DNA of 64,000 bases from Limnochordia bacterium (GTDB taxonomy: Bacteria > Bacillota > Limnochordia > DTU080). This document shows positions 40,778 to 51,093 of the stretch, piece by piece. The notes under the pieces are model-generated. The model saw only the letters and a program-made list of their open reading frames with translations. It searched no databases and was not told the DNA's origin. Each line of letters opens with the position of its first letter. Positions within the stretch are counted from its first letter, which is position 1. The stretch is from NCBI GenBank assembly GCA_050951545.1, contig JBMNJG010000005.1, positions 224,001 to 288,000 on the forward strand. Reading direction: 5' to 3'. Made by a program: the position numbers and the translations under genes.

Positions 40778-41818
40778 ATGCCTGGGAAAGCGAGGATCAC
40801 AGCCTTGAATGAAGTACGTTTGGCCATAGTAGGAGCTGGCGGTATCGCCCAGACCCATGCCCGCGGCTTGAAGCAAGTCAAGGGAGCACGGGTAACCACT
40901 GTAGTTGACATGATCCGCGATCGTGCGGAATCTCTCGCTGAGAAGCTGAATGCGGACCACGTCTACGAAGACATCGATACGGCCCTTGACGCAGGCGGCT
41001 TCGACGCCATCGACATCTGCCTACCGACCTATCTGCATGCCCCAGTGACCGTTGCGGCCGCCAACCGAGGTTACCACGTCCTATCCGAAAAGCCGATGGC
41101 CCTTACCCTCGAGCAAGCAGACTCCATGACTGCGGCTGCGCGTCAGAAGGGCATCGTGCTCATGATTGCCCAGTGCCGCCGCTATGACAACTACTGGGGT
41201 GCCTTTCGCCAAGCCGTACAAGACGGTGTCATCGGTAGGCCCGTGCTGTGGCGCTCAATCTCGGCCGGTCCTGGTCCACACCAGCCCTGGTACTTCGAGC
41301 GCGATGAGGGTGGTGGCCCCTTGATTGATGGTGCTATCCACAACTACGACTTCGCCCGAGCCATTTTCGGAGAAGCGCGCTCTGTGTACTCGGCCGGGCA
41401 GCAGTTCAACCTAAAGAATACCGCCCTCGACACTGGCAGCACCACCATCCGCTTTGCCAGTGAGGACGTACTGCTCCTCTCCTGGTCTTGGGGAATGCCG
41501 CAACAAGTGCGTAGCTCCTTCCAGGACGTAATCGGACCAGAAGGTGTGCTCTACCTAAGCCAGCCCGCCCATGCGCCCAAGCCAACCGAAGAGATCCCGC
41601 CAAACACGGGTTATCTCGTGGTACAGCGCCCGGGTGGCAGCTTCGAGTACATCTACTACGAGAAGAACGACATGTACGCAGCGGAGATCCAGGCTTTTGT
41701 CGACGCCGTACGAGAAGGACGTCCGAGCCCCTTGGGTCCCGAAGACACCAAACGCAGCCTCGCTATCGCTACAGCCGTGTTAGAGTCAGCGGCTACGCGT
41801 CGGCTCATCTGCCTCTAG
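40778..41818 (+). CDS. Gfo/Idh/MocA family oxidoreductase
   Basis: AIVGAGGIA, HVLSEKPMA, GGGPLIDGAIHNYD. Confidence 0.92.
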   Translation: MPGKARITALNEVRLAIVGAGGIAQTHARGLKQVKGARVTTVVDMIRDRAESLAEKLNADHVYEDIDTALDAGGFDAIDICLPTYLHAPVTVAAANRGYHVLSEKPMALTLEQADSMTAAARQKGIVLMIAQCRRYDNYWGAFRQAVQDGVIGRPVLWRSISAGPGPHQPWYFERDEGGGPLIDGAIHNYDFARAIFGEARSVYSAGQQFNLKNTALDTGSTTIRFASEDVLLLSWSWGMPQQVRSSFQDVIGPEGVLYLSQPAHAPKPTEEIPPNTGYLVVQRPGGSFEYIYYEKNDMYAAEIQAFVDAVREGRPSPLGPEDTKRSLAIATAVLESAATRRLICL

Positions 41819-41826
41819 ATCGTATC

Positions 41827-41865
41827 AGCGTGGGCAAGGAAGACTCTAGCTTCCCTGCCCACGCT
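41827..41865 (+). terminator. Intergenic hairpin
   Basis: AGCGTGGGCA...GGAAG-loop-CTTCC...TGCCCACGCT inverted repeat. Confidence 0.5.
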
Positions 41866-41917
41866 CCTTACACATCCACTTCCGACCCTGCAGATCGCTA
41901 TCCAGAGAGGATTGGCT

Positions 41918-44344
41918 ATGAAGAACTTCTTTGCAGCAATGGTCGATGCGCCGCGTGCCTACGGCATGATTCCCTTCTGGTTCTGGAACGATGCTCTGGA
42001 TGAGCAGGAACTCTTGCGTCAGCTGCATGCCTTTCACGCTGGTGGACTGGCAGGTGTGATCATCCATGCGCGTGTCGGTCTGTCGCCAGATGTAGGATAC
42101 CTGAGCGACACATATTTCCATTTCGTACGTGTAGTGGTCGATGCCTGTGCTCAGCTAGGGATGAAGGTCATCCTCTACGATGAAGGCAGCTACCCTTCCG
42201 GATCAGCTTGCGGAGCTGTAGTGAAAACGAATCCGGCGTATGCAGCCCGGGGCCTTGCTCTGACCAAACGGGAAATCGAAGGGCCTTCGCGCATCTACTG
42301 GCGTCCCTCAGTAGGGCGCTCATTATTGGGCCGTCTACTGTGCGTAGTTCTGGCTCGCCGCACAGAGGAAGGGGTCGATCCTCACACTCTTCGCCTGCTC
42401 GACATCGAGACCAAGGGCCTAGTGCGCCTTGACGTTGACGAAGGTAGTTGGTTGGCCATGGCCGTTTTTGATGTCCCGAGCGGAGGGACCATTCGAGGGG
42501 TGCTGCCTGAACACGAGGACGGCAGTGCTACGGCACCTGCCGCTGGCGACATCCTGAATCCAGAGGCGGTGGCCACTTTTATTCGTTTGACCCATGACCA
42601 ATACGCCCGACATCTGGCTGAGCACTTGGGCTCTACAGTGATTGGAATGTTCACCGACGAGCCGAACCCCCTAGGCCGAGGGAGCCGTAGAGGCCTCCAT
42701 CCCTACACGCCCGGATTCGAGGAATGGCTGGCCGCTTCCATGGGCACGACAGATATTCGTCCCTGGCTGCCCGCTTTGTGGGTCGACTACGGCGCAGATA
42801 CCGCTGCCTTCCGCAGACACTACGCACGCGGCGTCGGTCAGCGTCTTCATGAGGTCTTCTATGAGGCGCAAGCGACCTGGTGCCAAGAGCATGGACTGGC
42901 TCTTACCGGGCATCCGAGTGCCAGCAATGACATGACCTCCTTGCGCAGCTTCCATTGGCCTGGTCAAGACGTCGTCTGGCGCTGGGTAGCGCCTCACGAT
43001 GACAGCAACCTGGTCGGCGCACACAGTGTCACTGCCAAGGCCGCTACCAGTGCTGCTCGAGCCAAGGGCGCCAAGCGAGTGGCCACGGAACTGCTGGGAG
43101 CCTTTGGTTGGCAGCTTTCCATTGATGAAGCGAAGTGGCTGATCGATTGGCATCTCGCGCGCGGAAATAACCTGTTTATCCCACACGCCTTCTTCTACTC
43201 TGTGCGTGAGGGACGCGCCTACGAAAGCGAACCCGACCTCGGAATACACAACGTCTGGTGGCCACACTTTCAGACGCTCACCGCCTACACCCGACGTATG
43301 TCATGGGTGATGAGCGATTGTGAACACCTGTGCCAGGTTGCCATCGCTGGCCCCGGTTATGATCTTCCGTGGCAAGCGGCTCGGGTACTGTATGAGAACC
43401 AGATTGATTTTCTCTATTTGAATGATGAGGCGCTTATTTCGGCCTCGATTACCGCTGAGGGTCTGCATGCTGGCACTCAGACCTACAAGTTGGTGATCAT
43501 CGAGGGTGAGATCGCGCCCGCGGCCCAGGAGAAGCTGCGGGAGTTTGTGCAGCTAGGAGGCCATGTTGTGTACGCAGACGCGGAGACTGATCTGCTGCTT
43601 CAGATCCGCTCAGTCTTGCCTCCCGATATCCTCATACAGCCAACGGCAGCCAATCTGCGAGTAATGCACGTACGCAAGGACGCATACCATCTATACGCAT
43701 TGTTCAACGAAGGCGAGGCTCCCATTGAGGGCACTCTCGAAGTGTCAGTAGTAGGCTCCGCTGAATGGTGGGATCCTCTGCGGCAGCACCGCTGCCCGGC
43801 CCACATCCGTGTCAACCACAGTGAGGGGCACATGCAGCTGCCTATCGCTCTCGAACGCCGGGAAAGCCGCCTGCTAGTCGTAGATCCCTCATCATCACCT
43901 GAACCGGAGTCCAAACCAGTCTCGTTATCTCAGACGAAGGTGCAAGACTTGCCCGCATCATCGTGGGCGGTCAGCGATGCCGAGGGAAGAGACGTAGAGG
44001 CACCAACGCTGGGTGATTGGACGTCGGTCAGGGAACTAGAGCGTTTCAGTGGTACGCTGGTCTACCGTACGACAGTCAACCTGCCACAGCACCCTGACCG
44101 TGTACAAATCGACCTCGGTAAAGTGGGGGAGACAGCCACGGTTACTGTCAACGGTACCATGGCCGGACAGAGCCTGTGGGCCGCCCATCGGATCGACACA
44201 CCAGGCTCCCTATGGCGAACGGGTGTCAATGAACTCCAAGTGGCAGTGACCAACTCGGCAGCCAATTTCTATGAAGGCGCTCTGCTTCCCTCAGGCTTGA
44301 TAGGGCCAGTGCGCCTGCATCTGTTTTTGTCGCAGGTGAGATGA
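41918..44344 (+). CDS. Glycoside hydrolase, GH106 (alpha-L-rhamnosidase)-like
   Basis: PFWFWN, LYDEGSYPSG and GMFTDEP motifs; C-terminal IDLGKV...NELQVAVTN...SGLIGPV domain. Confidence 0.78.
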   Translation: MKNFFAAMVDAPRAYGMIPFWFWNDALDEQELLRQLHAFHAGGLAGVIIHARVGLSPDVGYLSDTYFHFVRVVVDACAQLGMKVILYDEGSYPSGSACGAVVKTNPAYAARGLALTKREIEGPSRIYWRPSVGRSLLGRLLCVVLARRTEEGVDPHTLRLLDIETKGLVRLDVDEGSWLAMAVFDVPSGGTIRGVLPEHEDGSATAPAAGDILNPEAVATFIRLTHDQYARHLAEHLGSTVIGMFTDEPNPLGRGSRRGLHPYTPGFEEWLAASMGTTDIRPWLPALWVDYGADTAAFRRHYARGVGQRLHEVFYEAQATWCQEHGLALTGHPSASNDMTSLRSFHWPGQDVVWRWVAPHDDSNLVGAHSVTAKAATSAARAKGAKRVATELLGAFGWQLSIDEAKWLIDWHLARGNNLFIPHAFFYSVREGRAYESEPDLGIHNVWWPHFQTLTAYTRRMSWVMSDCEHLCQVAIAGPGYDLPWQAARVLYENQIDFLYLNDEALISASITAEGLHAGTQTYKLVIIEGEIAPAAQEKLREFVQLGGHVVYADAETDLLLQIRSVLPPDILIQPTAANLRVMHVRKDAYHLYALFNEGEAPIEGTLEVSVVGSAEWWDPLRQHRCPAHIRVNHSEGHMQLPIALERRESRLLVVDPSSSPEPESKPVSLSQTKVQDLPASSWAVSDAEGRDVEAPTLGDWTSVRELERFSGTLVYRTTVNLPQHPDRVQIDLGKVGETATVTVNGTMAGQSLWAAHRIDTPGSLWRTGVNELQVAVTNSAANFYEGALLPSGLIGPVRLHLFLSQVR

Positions 44345-44348
44345 GCCC

Positions 44349-45185
44349 GTGAGAAAAGAGTTTCTGATCGGTTGCTCCACTGCATTGTTGGTTATGGTGC
44401 TATCGGCGACACTCGTCGTGGGCTTCCTATGGCATCAACAGACTCTGCAGGTTGTGCGGGTACACGTGCCAGTCGACGCACTACCATCCGCTTGGCACGG
44501 CACCCGCATTGGGCTGATATCGGATCTTCACATCGGTGCCCACATGAGTGCTGCCCGAGTAAAGCAGGTTGTTCGGCGCCTTAATGCCCAGAAACCTGAT
44601 CTAGTCATGATCGCTGGGGACACCGTGGATGCCAAGGTGACCCAGTCAGCCGAGGCAGCACCAGCGCTACGGGCCTTGCACGCCCTGGAAGCACCACACG
44701 GTGTGTACCACATCCTCGGCAACCACGATACACGCCGCGCTAAACTATGGCGTCCGCTACTGCAGGAGGGGGGCATACGAGTTCTCGAGAACGAGCATGT
44801 GCGACTGCAAAAGGCTGGCGACACTCTGTATCTAGTAGGGCTAGCTGATGCTTTGAACGGTCGCCTCGACGCTGACCGGGCCTGGCATAGCATACCGAAA
44901 GAGGCTTGCGTGATCGCCGCTGTGCACGAACCCGATGCCGCCGATGACCTGGTAGGGCGCCCTCTCGCCTTGCAGCTCTCCGGGCACAGCCACGGCGGTC
45001 AGATTGTCCTCCCCTTCAGCAGACCACGTTCGCTGCCCCCACTGGGCCGAAAGTACCCCTCGGGGCTTTATACAACCGAGGCAGGTCACCTAGTCTATAC
45101 AACCCGTGGTGTTGGCACCTCTCAGATCCCTTTCCGTCTCTTTGCCCGCCCAGAGATAACGATTATCACCCTGCAAAGGGAGTAG
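44349..45185 (+). CDS. Membrane-anchored metallophosphoesterase (YkuE/YaeI-like)
   Basis: SDLH, GD, GNHD, HEPD and SGHSHGGQ motifs. Confidence 0.9.
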   Translation: MRKEFLIGCSTALLVMVLSATLVVGFLWHQQTLQVVRVHVPVDALPSAWHGTRIGLISDLHIGAHMSAARVKQVVRRLNAQKPDLVMIAGDTVDAKVTQSAEAAPALRALHALEAPHGVYHILGNHDTRRAKLWRPLLQEGGIRVLENEHVRLQKAGDTLYLVGLADALNGRLDADRAWHSIPKEACVIAAVHEPDAADDLVGRPLALQLSGHSHGGQIVLPFSRPRSLPPLGRKYPSGLYTTEAGHLVYTTRGVGTSQIPFRLFARPEITIITLQRE

Positions 45186-45204
45186 GCCCCCTTACAGACA
45201 CCCT

Positions 45205-46056
45205 CTACGCTTGAATATCATAGCAGGCCACCCAACGCCGCTCCAAATGACAGCGTATGCGCAGCTGCAGGGCACCCGTGGGCCGAAACTCCAAAAAGGC
45301 CGAGTGACTACCCGGGCTACGTAGCGACTCTAGTGCTGAAATGTTGTACTGCATGATGTCATGGCCAGCCACACAGTGCTGGCGTTCCCACGGACAGGCC
45401 TTGTTCCATACTAGGTCACCTATGTGCGCGTGCCCATAAAGGTGGCAGCGCACGGTATCAGGAAGGGGCAGTAGCTGTTCGAGCACTGAGCTTGGACGTT
45501 GACCCCCCGGAAAAGCATAATGACAGACAGAAATCACAGGTAGGCTCGAGGCGGCCATCTCACGGCGCACAGCCTGCCAGAGTTCCTGCCTGTTAGGGTA
45601 CCCTTCGGGCCACTGTTCGGGTCGCTTGTGATGCGTGGCGATCCATTCACCTGAGGGATCGGCCTGGTCACTAAAGAAGAAGACCTGATGGCCACACCAC
45701 GGTTCACTGAAATAGAAATCGCGCGGACTGCTTGTCGTCACCCAACCTGCCCTGTCCCTAACTTGCTCATGAAACGGGAACCTGCCTTCGCCACGGATGC
45801 GGCAATAGTCTTTCTCGTGATTGCCCATTACGTAACGCATCGGCACACCCAGTTGCTCATACAGTCCGACAACGGCCTTGGCTGTCTCTTCCAGGGCTGG
45901 CAGCTTCGACCCCACTAGCACATCGCCCAAACACCAGGCACCTACGAGCGGCAGGTTCAGTTGCTGCACATCGTCGATCGCCTGCATCAGTACCGAACGT
46001 GCCACCTCAGGGTCCTCGAGTTGTAGGTCAGAACTAATCCACACATAACTCAACAA
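45205..46056 (-). CDS. Metallophosphoesterase
   Basis: SDLQ, LGD, GNHE and GHAH motifs. Confidence 0.8.
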   Translation of the reverse strand: MLSYVWISSDLQLEDPEVARSVLMQAIDDVQQLNLPLVGAWCLGDVLVGSKLPALEETAKAVVGLYEQLGVPMRYVMGNHEKDYCRIRGEGRFPFHEQVRDRAGWVTTSSPRDFYFSEPWCGHQVFFFSDQADPSGEWIATHHKRPEQWPEGYPNRQELWQAVRREMAASSLPVISVCHYAFPGGQRPSSVLEQLLPLPDTVRCHLYGHAHIGDLVWNKACPWERQHCVAGHDIMQYNISALESLRSPGSHSAFLEFRPTGALQLRIRCHLERRWVACYDIQA

Positions 46057-46162
46057 GTACGCCCCGCTTCCCGTTCACAGATCTGCCTCACCCTGTTCTA
46101 CGGGCGGTCATTTCGCACCTGCTTGCCTCCACTGCGCGCACAATGTCGTTCAGCATTGCACT

Positions 46163-47110
46163 TCAGGGTTTCAGCTGAGTGTAGGATTCGAAATGATGAA
46201 TGGCAAAGCCAGCGAACGAGGGATACTGAACCAGCTCTTCGGCCGCTTTGGCCAACTCCTCTTCCATTAAGGCGCGGCCTTCCTGGAAAAAGGTGGTGGA
46301 AGGCGGATCGCCCTTGACGTCCTGGGTGTTCACCCCAACGTAGACGATCTTGCCCAGGCGGTCGGCCACTTCGATCTCGCCTAGCGCGTCGCGGATGACA
46401 CGTGCAGCGCTGTCTCGATAATCCATCAAAGCTACATAGTCTGAGGCCGCCTGCAACGGTTCGTTGATGAACTGGTACTTCTCCTTATCCAACCAGATCG
46501 GTATCGCCAGACCAAACACCAGCTGGAGATGAGCACGATCATCAAGGAAATGGCGCACCCTCTGGGTCATCCCGATCCAGCCCTCAAACAATTCAGGCGA
46601 GGGCCACTCAGCCAACAGATATGGCTCCACATCCAGCTGCAAACCGTCAAAGATCCCAGATGGCAGCCCCTCGACGACAGCGCTCGTCTGCCATCTGGCG
46701 AGGTCATCGAGAAGCTGGTCAACTGAACGATAACCCTCTGGAGTAGCCCATTTCTTGTCGCCAGCCAAAAGGTCAACCACGAGGCCCCGTTCGTGGGCCT
46801 GCACAAGAAACGATCGCAGCGCTGCCCGCTCACTAGCTGGTGTCTCGACGCGTATGGCCCATGTCGCAGCCAAGAAAACCCTTGTCAGAGGTGGGTTTCT
46901 GGCCGCAAACGCAAAGAACGCCTCTCTCGCCTGTGCATCAAGAACAATGCTCCTAGTCGCTTTCCATATCCAAACCGCCCGCCCCGGGTACATCCGCCCC
47001 ATCTCGCCGGATGACGCACTCTGAGCCAAGGCCACATGAGTACAAGCGATCAGCAAAGCCAGCATGATGGCGCTGACTTGTCCCAAGCAACGCCCCATCA
47101 CCACCCGCAT
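46163..47110 (-). CDS. Secreted TIM-barrel glycoside hydrolase-like protein
   Basis: Signal peptide; FDGLQLDVEPY (GH18/GHL-like DxxxDxE) and LMDYRD. Confidence 0.55.
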   Translation of the reverse strand: MRVVMGRCLGQVSAIMLALLIACTHVALAQSASSGEMGRMYPGRAVWIWKATRSIVLDAQAREAFFAFAARNPPLTRVFLAATWAIRVETPASERAALRSFLVQAHERGLVVDLLAGDKKWATPEGYRSVDQLLDDLARWQTSAVVEGLPSGIFDGLQLDVEPYLLAEWPSPELFEGWIGMTQRVRHFLDDRAHLQLVFGLAIPIWLDKEKYQFINEPLQAASDYVALMDYRDSAARVIRDALGEIEVADRLGKIVYVGVNTQDVKGDPPSTTFFQEGRALMEEELAKAAEELVQYPSFAGFAIHHFESYTQLKP

Positions 47111-47128
47111 CGATCACACCTCTTTCGC

Positions 47129-47159
47129 AGGCAGGTACAGACAGAGTCTGTACCTGCCT
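47129..47159 (-). terminator. Hairpin after SBP gene
   Basis: AGGCAGGTACAGAC-AGA-GTCTGTACCTGCCT. Confidence 0.6.
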
Positions 47160-47169
47160 CGTATACCGC

Positions 47170-48477
47170 TTACCTTGCCAAGAGCTGAGCAGCCTTCGTG
47201 TTCATCTGCTCAAGGAAGGTCTCCAAGGGTGTTTTCTTGCTAATGACGTTGGCGAACCCGGCTTTCCACGCGCTGGCTGTCTCCAGAACGCCTGGGCCAG
47301 CTGGGTTCGGGACGTTGCCCGACTCCAGAGTCGACTGCAGAGCTATGTGGACCATCTGACGCTCCACGCCAGTGAATCCCAGTCTCTCCAGCCAGACCCC
47401 CTGGAGTTTGCGCGAAGCAGGAATCCACCCATGCACATTCGCATACTCCAAGGCGCGTTGTCGGTTAAGATGGACAAACGCCAGCCACTCCCACGCCGCA
47501 TCAATATGCTGTGAGTCTTTCATGATCTGCCAGCCGCGCACCTCGGCCACTGTATAGCGATTGCCTGCAGGACCAGTAGGCCAAGGAGATACACGGAAGT
47601 CTATCGGCGAGCCTCCTAGACGGATTCTGGCTAACTCCACGGAGAAAGGAAAGATGCCAATCCAGCAGAAACCAGCCTTCCCGTTGATGAAATTGTTGTA
47701 CTTCGTAGTTCCGAGGTTCGTATCAAGGAGATCCGCAGCGAACTGCGCCCCGGCGATCACCGATTTTCGCATAAAGTTAGCAGTTGTAGGTGCATAGTGC
47801 GTGTCATAAGGGAGGCCTCCAGCCTGTTGCATGAAGGTGAACGTACGGTTGATGTCGTTGCGGCCCATGTTCCCCCAGATGTCGATGCTGCCATCCGCAT
47901 TGGTGTCCCGGGCTATCTTACGCACCATGCTCATCATCTCATCCCAGTTCCAGAGCACCCCCATATCGGAGGGATCAGCGGCACCGGCCTGGAAGAGAAG
48001 GTCGCCATTGAAGGCCAGAATATTGGCTCCCATCAGGGCGGGTAGGGCAAAAACCGTCCCGTCACTCCACGTGCTGGATGCCAGAGCCACCGGAGCAATG
48101 TCCATCTCCTGGTAGCGGGAATCTTTGGCCATGTAGGGGCGCAGGTCAAGAAACTGCTTGCCCTCAGCCATGGTGGAAGCGATGGCAGGGTAGAACTCGG
48201 TAACGTCGGGCGGTGCCCCACCAGCTAGCATGACTTTGACCTTCTCCTCGTATTCGGGGCCCTCTGGTCCAGTCGTAATATCTACGCTGATATGTGGATT
48301 CTCAGTGTGAAACTCCTCCGCCAGCTTCTGTAGGATCTCTAGTTGGTTCGCACGAGCATTAAACTTGTAGTGATGCAATGTGATCGCCTTCTGCTCAGCA
48401 GCATGTGCGCCGGCCATACATGCCAAACACAAGACCCAGATCGTTACTAACACTGGTAGGCATCGTCTCATTTGCAT
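47170..48477 (-). CDS. Carbohydrate ABC solute-binding protein
   Basis: Signal peptide (AHA), MLAGGAPPDV, DLRPYM, AAWEWLAF; ATG behind GAGGAGG. Confidence 0.85.
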   Translation of the reverse strand: MQMRRCLPVLVTIWVLCLACMAGAHAAEQKAITLHHYKFNARANQLEILQKLAEEFHTENPHISVDITTGPEGPEYEEKVKVMLAGGAPPDVTEFYPAIASTMAEGKQFLDLRPYMAKDSRYQEMDIAPVALASSTWSDGTVFALPALMGANILAFNGDLLFQAGAADPSDMGVLWNWDEMMSMVRKIARDTNADGSIDIWGNMGRNDINRTFTFMQQAGGLPYDTHYAPTTANFMRKSVIAGAQFAADLLDTNLGTTKYNNFINGKAGFCWIGIFPFSVELARIRLGGSPIDFRVSPWPTGPAGNRYTVAEVRGWQIMKDSQHIDAAWEWLAFVHLNRQRALEYANVHGWIPASRKLQGVWLERLGFTGVERQMVHIALQSTLESGNVPNPAGPGVLETASAWKAGFANVISKKTPLETFLEQMNTKAAQLLAR

Positions 48478-48558
48478 TGCCGTCCTCCTCGCTGAAAAAT
48501 CCCTCTGTGCTACATAGTGACACAAGCGACCCTTACGGCACTGCCCTATCCGGCGGCA

Positions 48559-49653
48559 TCAGCGAGGCGTGTGTCCTGATGACGCCCTGAGCACGACTGA
48601 ACACGGCAGTCTGATCACAGTGCTGGGCATGTCCGCCGTGACCTCCACTGTTGGAGGGGGTCCTCCTCTCCTTCGCTCTTTTCCGCGCTCCCACATAAGC
48701 TGAACCAGAAGCTGCGCAGCCTGAGAGCCAGCCTCTGCCATAGGCTGATCTATGCTAGTCAACGCAGGGCTCACATAGCGACTGGCCGAGATGTTGTCAT
48801 GCCCCACGACGGCCACGTCATCAGGTACCACCAAACCTCTCGCGCGACAGGCCCGCAAAGCCCCAATCGCCAGGTAGTCATTGCAGCAGACAATCGCCGT
48901 CGGGTGCTCATCCAGGTCTAGCAGCTCCAGGCAGCGGCGATAGCCCACCTCCTCACCGATCTCTTCGCCAAAAGCTCCGGTGCGAAGCAATTGTGCATCC
49001 ATGGCCACCCCAAGGCACTGATGAGCCTTCTGAAAGCCCGTTAGTCTGTCGCGGGATGCTCGAATCACTCCTGGTCCCTCTATAGGCAAGTGGATACAGG
49101 CTATGCGCCTATGCCCCATCTCCAGCAGTTGCTGAGTGATGTCATAGGTACCGCTCACGTTGTCAATAAGCACTGAGGGAACCCGCACATCTGAGGATAA
49201 ACGGTTCACCAGAACCACTGGTATGTCGTACCTAAACAGCCGGTCTACGGGTAGCTGTTCGTTACATCGCGAAGAGAGGACGTAGACAACCCCGTCTACC
49301 CGTTTGGCTGCCAGCACCTCTGTGCTGCGCAGAAGGCGTTCAGGGTCGCTGTCGGTATTGCAGAGAATCACGTTGTAGCCAAACCTCATGGCCGCCCCTT
49401 CGACACCCTTGATGGCAGACGAGAAGGGTGCTCTTACCACGTCGGCTACCACCAAGCCAATCGTCCAGGTGGCCTGAGCTGCCAGACTACGAGCTATACT
49501 GTTTGGAGTGTAGTCCAGTGCTTGAGCAGCGGCCATGACACGCTTACGCGTGGCCTCAGAGATGCGAGAGTCCTTGCCGCTAAGCACATATGATACGGTT
49601 GCCGCCGATACTCCCGCTTTGCGTGCAACATCGCGCATGGTAACACCGCCCAA
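48559..49653 (-). CDS. LacI family transcriptional regulator
   Basis: TMRDVARKAGVSAATVSYVL HTH; VPDDVAVVGHDN. Confidence 0.95.
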   Translation of the reverse strand: MGGVTMRDVARKAGVSAATVSYVLSGKDSRISEATRKRVMAAAQALDYTPNSIARSLAAQATWTIGLVVADVVRAPFSSAIKGVEGAAMRFGYNVILCNTDSDPERLLRSTEVLAAKRVDGVVYVLSSRCNEQLPVDRLFRYDIPVVLVNRLSSDVRVPSVLIDNVSGTYDITQQLLEMGHRRIACIHLPIEGPGVIRASRDRLTGFQKAHQCLGVAMDAQLLRTGAFGEEIGEEVGYRRCLELLDLDEHPTAIVCCNDYLAIGALRACRARGLVVPDDVAVVGHDNISASRYVSPALTSIDQPMAEAGSQAAQLLVQLMWERGKERRRGGPPPTVEVTADMPSTVIRLPCSVVLRASSGHTPR

Positions 49654-49671
49654 TCCATCACCTCCCTCTGC

Positions 49672-49683
49672 TTAAGCGCTTAA
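49672..49683. promoter_or_regulatory. LacI-type operator
   Basis: Perfect palindrome TTAAGCGCTTAA with central CG, just upstream of the lacI-family gene. Confidence 0.7.
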
Positions 49684-49740
49684 CCTAGTATGGTCCTTCG
49701 CTACTGACTCAGAGACTCCTTCTTCGCGTAATCGACACGT

Positions 49741-50889
49741 AGTGCGTTTTGGGGAGCACAGTCGGAGTATAATGACATCTGGGTGCCCATCAAGAGTGAT
49801 TTCGAGGCTGCCCACTCAGACATCCAAATCGATCTCATGCACGTCCCAAGCAGCATGCAAGAAAAGATGATCAGTATGGCCCTGGGCGGTCAGATCGTTG
49901 ATGTATGGATGAGCAATGCCGATACCGCCCTGACCTACTATACGGCTGGTATGACCAACGATCTGAAGCCCTTCATAGAGAAAGACAGGACGTTCAACGC
50001 CGACCGTTTCTTCCCAGCCGCCTTAACGGCCTACGCTCGTGGTGGCGTGCAGTACGGCCTGTCCAGTCATTTTCAGGTGACAAGCACCTGGTACAACAAA
50101 GAGCTGTTTGACCACGCTGGTCTCTCACACCCTGCTGACAATTCAACATGGGCCCGCTTCCGAGATGACGCCAAGAAGCTTACGCAAGACCGCAACAACG
50201 ACGGACGCACGGACCAATGGGGCGTAGTGATACCCTTAGGTGCCGAATCCCTATCGCCCTGGATATTCTCTGCAGGAGGCAACTGGGTCGATAACGCTGC
50301 TAATCCTACCCGATCTGCAGTCAGCGACCTTGCGACCATGAAGGGTTTGCAGTTCATACAGGAGCTAGTCACCCGAGATGCAGTAGTGGAACCGGGCTAC
50401 GGCAATGCCACGCCGTTTTTCGAGGGCCGCGTGGCGATGTACTCCTACTATGCGGTGGCCCAGCGGATGGCTAGCTACGCCACGTTTGACTACAACGTGG
50501 CTCGACTGCCGGCCGGACCAGCCGGGGCCATCAATGCAGTAGTACCCGGCGGTCTAGTCATGGGCAAGACCAAGCATCCACAGGAATCTTGGGAGTTCAT
50601 GAAGTTCTTCTGCCAGAAAGGGGCCTTTAGCTACAACACTGTGCCAGCCTATCTGCCTATGGCCCGCAGCAATCGCTGGCCCTTTGTGCCTGTACCTAAT
50701 GACTACAACCGAGCAGCCTTTGTGGAGGGAGCTCTTTCAGCCCATCCGCAGACCATCAAGTCCACGAAAGTGGCAGAGATCCTTAGGGCCATCAACCAAG
50801 TGGTGGTGCCAGCCCTGCGCGGACAAGAGTCCCTGAGCACAGCCGTAGCCCGCGTGGACCCGCGGATCAATGCCATCCTCAACGATTAG
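49741..50889 (+). pseudogene. 5'-truncated carbohydrate solute-binding protein
   Basis: SBP-like frame (FWGAQSEYNDIW...DFEAAHSDI) extends back to an in-frame TAA at 49729-49731 with no signal peptide or RBS; the body is intact (YNKELFDHAG, SWEFMKF). Confidence 0.65.
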
Positions 50890-50952
50890 GCTAGGCTCAC
50901 GGACACTTCCTCTCGTCAGCCGAACCCCTAGAATTGCGCCTACGCCAATTCC

Positions 50953-50981
50953 CGAGTGCCCTACTCTGTGTGGGGCACTCG
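50953..50981 (+). terminator. Hairpin after truncated SBP
   Basis: CGAGTGCC...GGCACTCG. Confidence 0.45.
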
Positions 50982-51026
50982 TCAGTTAGGGGTTATCTGG
51001 CTGCGCAAACATTTCCTCCGCAGCTA

Positions 51027-51072
51027 TTGACAGGTACCCCACCAGCATCTAGAATAATCGTTAGCTGGCTAA
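51027..51072 (+). promoter_or_regulatory. Sigma-A promoter plus MarR-type operator
   Basis: TTGACA-N17-TAGAAT, then the palindrome TTAGC-TG-GCTAA (51061-51072). Confidence 0.72.
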
Positions 51073-51093
51073 TCAATTTGGTGGGGGACTCTT

